Shown in pieces: positions 59,810 through 64,000 of a stretch of DNA of 64,000 nucleotides (positions are counted from its first letter, which is position 1; the number at the start of each line of letters is the position of its first letter). The notes beneath the pieces were generated by a model. It did not search any database, was not told where the DNA came from, and worked only from the letters and a program-made list of their open reading frames with translations. The translations under genes were made by a program, and so were the position numbers. The stretch lies in NCBI GenBank assembly GCA_048938855.1, contig JBHLLT010000003.1, positions 130,800 to 194,799 on the forward strand, given 5' to 3'. Source of the DNA: Promethearchaeota archaeon (GTDB lineage: Archaea > Asgardarchaeota > Lokiarchaeia > Sigyniarchaeales > SOKP01).

Positions 59810-61192
59810 ATGGTGAAAATTTCTTTCATTGGAGCAGGTTCTCTCGTTTTTGGCAAAAACGTGCTTACAGATCTTCTTTTATTTCCAGCACTTCAAGAAG
59901 ACATGATATTATGTCTTGAAGATATTGACAGTGATAGATTAGATTTAATGTTTCGGTATGTTAAGAAGTTCAAAGAAGATTATTTTGACGATAAAGATAT
60001 AACAATTGAAAAAACAACAATTCAAAGGAAAGCAATCGAGAATGCAAAATATATTATTGACTCCATACATGTTGGTGGACTCGAAGCATTCAAGTTAGAC
60101 GTGGAAATTCCTTTTAAATATGGTGTTTCTCAAACAGTGGGAGATACTATTGGTCCTGGAGGTGTTTTTCGTTTCCTTCGGGCATCTAGCGCCTTAAAAT
60201 CAATTTTGCAAGATATGCAAGACGTAGGACACAATGTCAATAATGATGGGATAAAGCCATTACTCTTAAACTATGCTAATCCTATGGCGATGAATACTTG
60301 GTTCTGTAACTCAATACTTCCAGATTCAACAGTAGGTTTATGTCATGGCATTCATGGAACTGCTGAAACCTTAAGAATATGGGCTGGTTTGAAACGCGAA
60401 GAGTTTAGTTATCTGTGTGCCGGTATAAATCATATGGCGTGGTTTCTTGAAGCATGGTATAAGAATTCATCTGATCCGAATGCTAAATGGCAGAACGCGT
60501 ACCCTTTGATAAACAAAGCTCTTGAAGAGGATCCACAGAAAGGAGAAACCGAAAAAGTACGCATAGACATGATGAAAGCTGCAGGGGGATATTTCATGAC
60601 AGAGGAATCCAGACACTTAAGCGAGTATGTACCTTATTATCGAAAACTTTCTAATTTTGTAGAAAAATTCGAGGGAAGACGTCTTATAGGATCATATGGT
60701 ATACACCAAGCAGCTGATTATTTAATGCAAGTAAAATTACAGGGTAAATTCGAAAAAAAGTTATTAAAAGAAATAAATCGTTCAAAACTTCCTTATAAGA
60801 AAGCACCTACCTATGAATATGCATCATATATCATTAATGCCATGGAAACCAACGAACCATTCGGATTTAATGGAAATGTAATTAATAAAGAAGCAAGTTT
60901 AATTACGAATCTTCCAAAAGGATGTTGTGTAGAAGTTCCTATTTTTGCAGATAGTCATGGATTACATCCTCAGGGAGGAATTGTCTTGCCAACTATATGT
61001 CAAGCGTTATGTATATCAAATATAATGGTGCAAAAAGCGGCAGTTGAAGGTGTTCTCGAAATGAATCGAGAGAAGATTTATCATGCAATATTACTCGATC
61101 CTAACACCGCAAGCGTTTGTTCAACGACACAAATCCGTGAAATGGTTGAAGAAATGTTCGAAGCTGAAGCAAAGTGGATCCCTAAATTCTAA
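59810..61192 (+). CDS. GH4 NAD-dependent glycosidase (alpha-galactosidase-like)
   Basis: FIGAGS, QTVGDTIGPGG, LNYANPM, GLCHG, AGINHMAW, ITNLP. Confidence 0.93.
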   Translation: MVKISFIGAGSLVFGKNVLTDLLLFPALQEDMILCLEDIDSDRLDLMFRYVKKFKEDYFDDKDITIEKTTIQRKAIENAKYIIDSIHVGGLEAFKLDVEIPFKYGVSQTVGDTIGPGGVFRFLRASSALKSILQDMQDVGHNVNNDGIKPLLLNYANPMAMNTWFCNSILPDSTVGLCHGIHGTAETLRIWAGLKREEFSYLCAGINHMAWFLEAWYKNSSDPNAKWQNAYPLINKALEEDPQKGETEKVRIDMMKAAGGYFMTEESRHLSEYVPYYRKLSNFVEKFEGRRLIGSYGIHQAADYLMQVKLQGKFEKKLLKEINRSKLPYKKAPTYEYASYIINAMETNEPFGFNGNVINKEASLITNLPKGCCVEVPIFADSHGLHPQGGIVLPTICQALCISNIMVQKAAVEGVLEMNREKIYHAILLDPNTASVCSTTQIREMVEEMFEAEAKWIPKF

Positions 61193-61434
61193 AAAAAAAG
61201 AGATTCTAGATATTCTTAGCATTATTTATTTCTATAACAAAAAGGCAGAATTTGTATCTAAAAAGCAATATGTAGGTTTGTGAGTCTTCAGTATGGATGT
61301 TGGATATTTCGGTGAAAATATAGCATTATCTGAAACGCAATTTAGAACTGCTTCTAATATTATATGATTTAAGCAAACATTTAAACATAAAAATTATGAT
61401 GTTATTAGTAATTAAAAATTAAAAAAAAAATGAG

Positions 61435-62187
61435 TTGAATCAAATGGCACCAAATGATTTTTCCGAACTTAAAGGTGAAATTTTAGATCTGATTGCTAAA
61501 AAAAAACACGGTAATGTTGTAAAGAAGCTGTTAGGGGGATTTAAAAAATTAGAACCATCAAATTATGATGGTATGAGTGAAATTTTTAAAGCAATTATTC
61601 AAGCAGATGTAGAACAATTCAATGATAAGATCTATAAAGGCTTTATGTTCATGGCATCTGCTAAATATGGCGCCAAACTGGTAGATTTCGAAAAATATTT
61701 CATTGAGAACTTCTGTAAACTTCCCGGAGAGGAATTTAAGGTAGTTGCTGAAGGATGGCTGCAAGATGGCAATTCGGAAATCACGGGGATGCTTTATGTC
61801 TCAAATTATAGAATTATATCTTCTGGAAAGAAAGAAATCAAGCAAGCAAGACTAAGTGGGATGGGCCTTGAGTTTATCCGATTAGGGTCGTATGCAGTCC
61901 ACAAATCAGTATCAGATTCAATAGCAAAATCTATTGCAGCTGACATGGAAGCTTCCAATATCTTGAATTATGGTTTTATTTATCCAATTAAAGATAACTA
62001 TGATATAGAAGAGAAGAAAATAAAAAAAGGAGTGATAAAATACAAGGCAGATGTTCCTTTTACAGACAAAAAAGGGAAATCAAAAGTTTCTGATATGAAT
62101 ATTACCGTTATCATCAAGAAAGGGCCCAACATGGATGAAGATATTGCCAAGGTTGCAGAAATTCTCAAGAATAATTCAAAAAGTTAA
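61435..62187 (+). CDS. Hypothetical protein with GRAM/PH-like domain
   Basis: LPGEEF...ITGMLYVSNYRII resembles the GRAM core motif. Confidence 0.55.
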   Translation: MNQMAPNDFSELKGEILDLIAKKKHGNVVKKLLGGFKKLEPSNYDGMSEIFKAIIQADVEQFNDKIYKGFMFMASAKYGAKLVDFEKYFIENFCKLPGEEFKVVAEGWLQDGNSEITGMLYVSNYRIISSGKKEIKQARLSGMGLEFIRLGSYAVHKSVSDSIAKSIAADMEASNILNYGFIYPIKDNYDIEEKKIKKGVIKYKADVPFTDKKGKSKVSDMNITVIIKKGPNMDEDIAKVAEILKNNSKS

Positions 62188-62325
62188 ATCTAATAAATAT
62201 TTTTTTTATATTGTTTTTATTTAAAGTCATACTAAATGTTTGGGGCTTAATCTGTTAAAAAATTTATTAATTAAAAAAGTAAAAAAAAATTCGTGAAATT
62301 GAATAATTTGGTAATTCTATTTCTA

Positions 62326-63519
62326 TTAGTTTTGATAATTATTCCATTTTTCTTCAAGATTTGGATCTTGAATAGTATCCATAATATATTTAGCATATTC
62401 TTCCCCTGTTGCACCAGTATCTCTGCCAGTCATTTTTAGTTTTCTTTCATATGTTGCACATATATCAAGAGCCATCTCAAGTTTTTTAGCTTTTTCAACA
62501 AAACCAATATGATTAATTAGTAAAGCGGCAGCTTTTATTATACTTGAAGGATCTGCGTATTTTGTTCGTCCTGTTTCAACCATTCTTGGAGCAGTGCCAT
62601 GAATAGCTTCAAACATAGAATATCGTTTACCTATGTTGGCACTTCCAGCAGTTCCAACTCCTCCTTGAATTTGAGCAGCTTCATCAGTCACTATATCACC
62701 ATAAAGATTAGGAGCAACAATTACTTTAAAGTCGCTTTGGCGGGCTGGATCCACTAGTTTAGCTGTCATTATATCAATATACCAATCATCCCATTTTACT
62801 TGTGGATATTCTTTAGCAATTTTCTCGGCCATTGCAAGAAATTTACCATCAGTCGTTTTTACGACATTCGCTTTTGTCACAACAGAAACTCGATTAATTT
62901 CATTTTTTGCTGCATAATCAAAAGCTAATCTGATAATTCTTTCAGCTCCTTGACTTGTAATCACCTTAAAATCAATTGCTAAATCATCAGAAATATTGAT
63001 TCCTTTAGAACCTAAGACATAAGCACCTTCAGTATTTTCTCTGAAAAACATCCAGTCTATTCCTAATTCTGGTACTTTTACGGGACGTACATTCGCAAAT
63101 AAGTCTAGCTCTCTTCTCATTGTAACATTAGCACTTTCAATATTTGGCCATTGGTCACCTTTCCTAGGAGTAAGAGTCGGACCTTTTAATATCACATGAC
63201 ATTCTTTTAATTGTTTAAGAACATCATCTGGTATGGCTTTCATATGCTTTGCTCTATTTTCTATAGTTAATCCTACAATATCTCTTACTTCAATAGCTCT
63301 AGTTTCAATTTCTTCCTTTAAAACAAGATCCATAATTGTTCGAGCATGGTTTGTAATTTCAGGACCAATCCCATCTCCACCAGCAACACCGATTATAATT
63401 GGTTTTATTGAGGAAAAATCTATCCAATCTTCTGCTTGTTTCATTTGTTCTACACGTTCAAGCTGTTCTCTTATGAGTTTCTCAAAGTGATCTTTTGCGT
63501 TTTCAACAATGTCTACCAT
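62326..63519 (-). CDS. Isocitrate/isopropylmalate dehydrogenase family (probable IDH)
   Basis: GGDGIGPEI, LKGPT, LFANVRP, RENTEG, TKANV, PNLYGDI, FEAIHGTAP; directly downstream of ATP-citrate lyase. Confidence 0.9.
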   Translation of the reverse strand: MVDIVENAKDHFEKLIREQLERVEQMKQAEDWIDFSSIKPIIIGVAGGDGIGPEITNHARTIMDLVLKEEIETRAIEVRDIVGLTIENRAKHMKAIPDDVLKQLKECHVILKGPTLTPRKGDQWPNIESANVTMRRELDLFANVRPVKVPELGIDWMFFRENTEGAYVLGSKGINISDDLAIDFKVITSQGAERIIRLAFDYAAKNEINRVSVVTKANVVKTTDGKFLAMAEKIAKEYPQVKWDDWYIDIMTAKLVDPARQSDFKVIVAPNLYGDIVTDEAAQIQGGVGTAGSANIGKRYSMFEAIHGTAPRMVETGRTKYADPSSIIKAAALLINHIGFVEKAKKLEMALDICATYERKLKMTGRDTGATGEEYAKYIMDTIQDPNLEEKWNNYQN

Positions 63520-63622
63520 ATTTCAAAACCTCAATTTCTATTTTTCTTATTAATTTTTTTTTCTATTTATTGTTTTATCTTAAAATTTATTATAGTATAA
63601 TTTTGGGAAAAAAATTGTTCAT

Positions 63623-64000
63623 TTAATCACTAAATAGAATTTCATCCCAGGGTTGTCTATAAAGACCAGCTCGTTGTCTTTTTTGATCAAAAACATGCCC
63701 CATCATTCCGATTGACCGTCCCAGTACAAAAAGACCATTCAATGCTTCACTATAGATAACATCTTCAATTTCTTCTGGAGTAAAGTCTAAATTTTCCAAT
63801 AAGTCTAAAAATGTAATTCCTATACACCCATCAACATTAAGTATTAAATTATTTCTTTTCGCAGTAGTTAGTTTCTCTACCTCAAGAGCAAAATCTAAAT
63901 GTGGATGGTTCTTGAAATTTTTTAAGACAAATTCCTTAAGTAATACAACTCTAATATCGGGATTTTGAACTGATTTTATACGATGACCTATACCTGGAAT
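63623..64000 (-). CDS. aclA: ATP-citrate lyase, citryl-CoA lyase-containing subunit (3' end only)
   Basis: Not in the ORF track; hand translation: IPGIGHRIKSVQNPDIRV...FALEVEKLTTAKRNNLILNVDGCIG...ALNGLFVLGRSIGMMGHVFDQKR...LYRQPWDEILFSD*. Confidence 0.9.
   Translation of the reverse strand: MPGIGHRIKSVQNPDIRVVLLKEFVLKNFKNHPHLDFALEVEKLTTAKRNNLILNVDGCIGITFLDLLENLDFTPEEIEDVIYSEALNGLFVLGRSIGMMGHVFDQKRQRAGLYRQPWDEILFSD

Noticed and set aside
1134-63490. Many short ORFs in the track antisense to or nested in long genes (e.g. 1134..1322, 9684..9986, 38648..39055, 44537..44866, 47235..47606, 63233..63490)
   Set aside because: Shadow ORFs overlapping well-supported genes, with no motifs.
1-64000. Selenocysteine/pyrrolysine read-through, CRISPR arrays, tRNA/rRNA, intact IS or provirus
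   Set aside because: Recognisable enzymes look full length without internal stops; no repeat-spacer array, GC-rich structural RNA, transposase or integrase was noticed by eye.

Overview
AT-rich (roughly 30% GC by eye), gene-dense chromosomal segment that looks archaeal, most likely Asgard/Lokiarchaeia. This assignment is an inference from a TPR+longin-like protein, a Pelota-like paralogue, GGTGA-type RBSs, frequent TTG starts and several lineage-specific hypotheticals. The window is dominated by anaerobic amino-acid catabolism. (i) An almost complete lysine fermentation cluster (kamA, kamB, kamD, kamE, kdd, kce) has a probable 3-aminobutyryl-CoA aminotransferase (Kat) instead of the ammonia lyase Kal. 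It abuts an unusual EamA/DMT transporter fused to an Lrp/AsnC (RAM) sensor domain plus a stand-alone RAM protein. (ii) An arginine/ornithine/proline region holds a divergent ArcE-type arginine synthetase, a protist-like catabolic OTC, carbamate kinase, ornithine aminotransferase and an AOR + flavin amine-dehydrogenase alpha/beta + D-aminoacylase operon. Also present are a corrinoid methyltransferase/SDR operon with a KDSR-like reductase, an accessory patch at 42-48 kb with a high-GC non-canonical acyl-CoA dehydrogenase, GH1 and GH4 glycosidases, a P3A H+-ATPase, a GRAM/PH-like protein, an isocitrate/isopropylmalate dehydrogenase and the 3' end of an ATP-citrate lyase. No rRNA, tRNA, CRISPR array or intact mobile element was seen. 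All family calls come from motif recognition by eye; no database searches were run.
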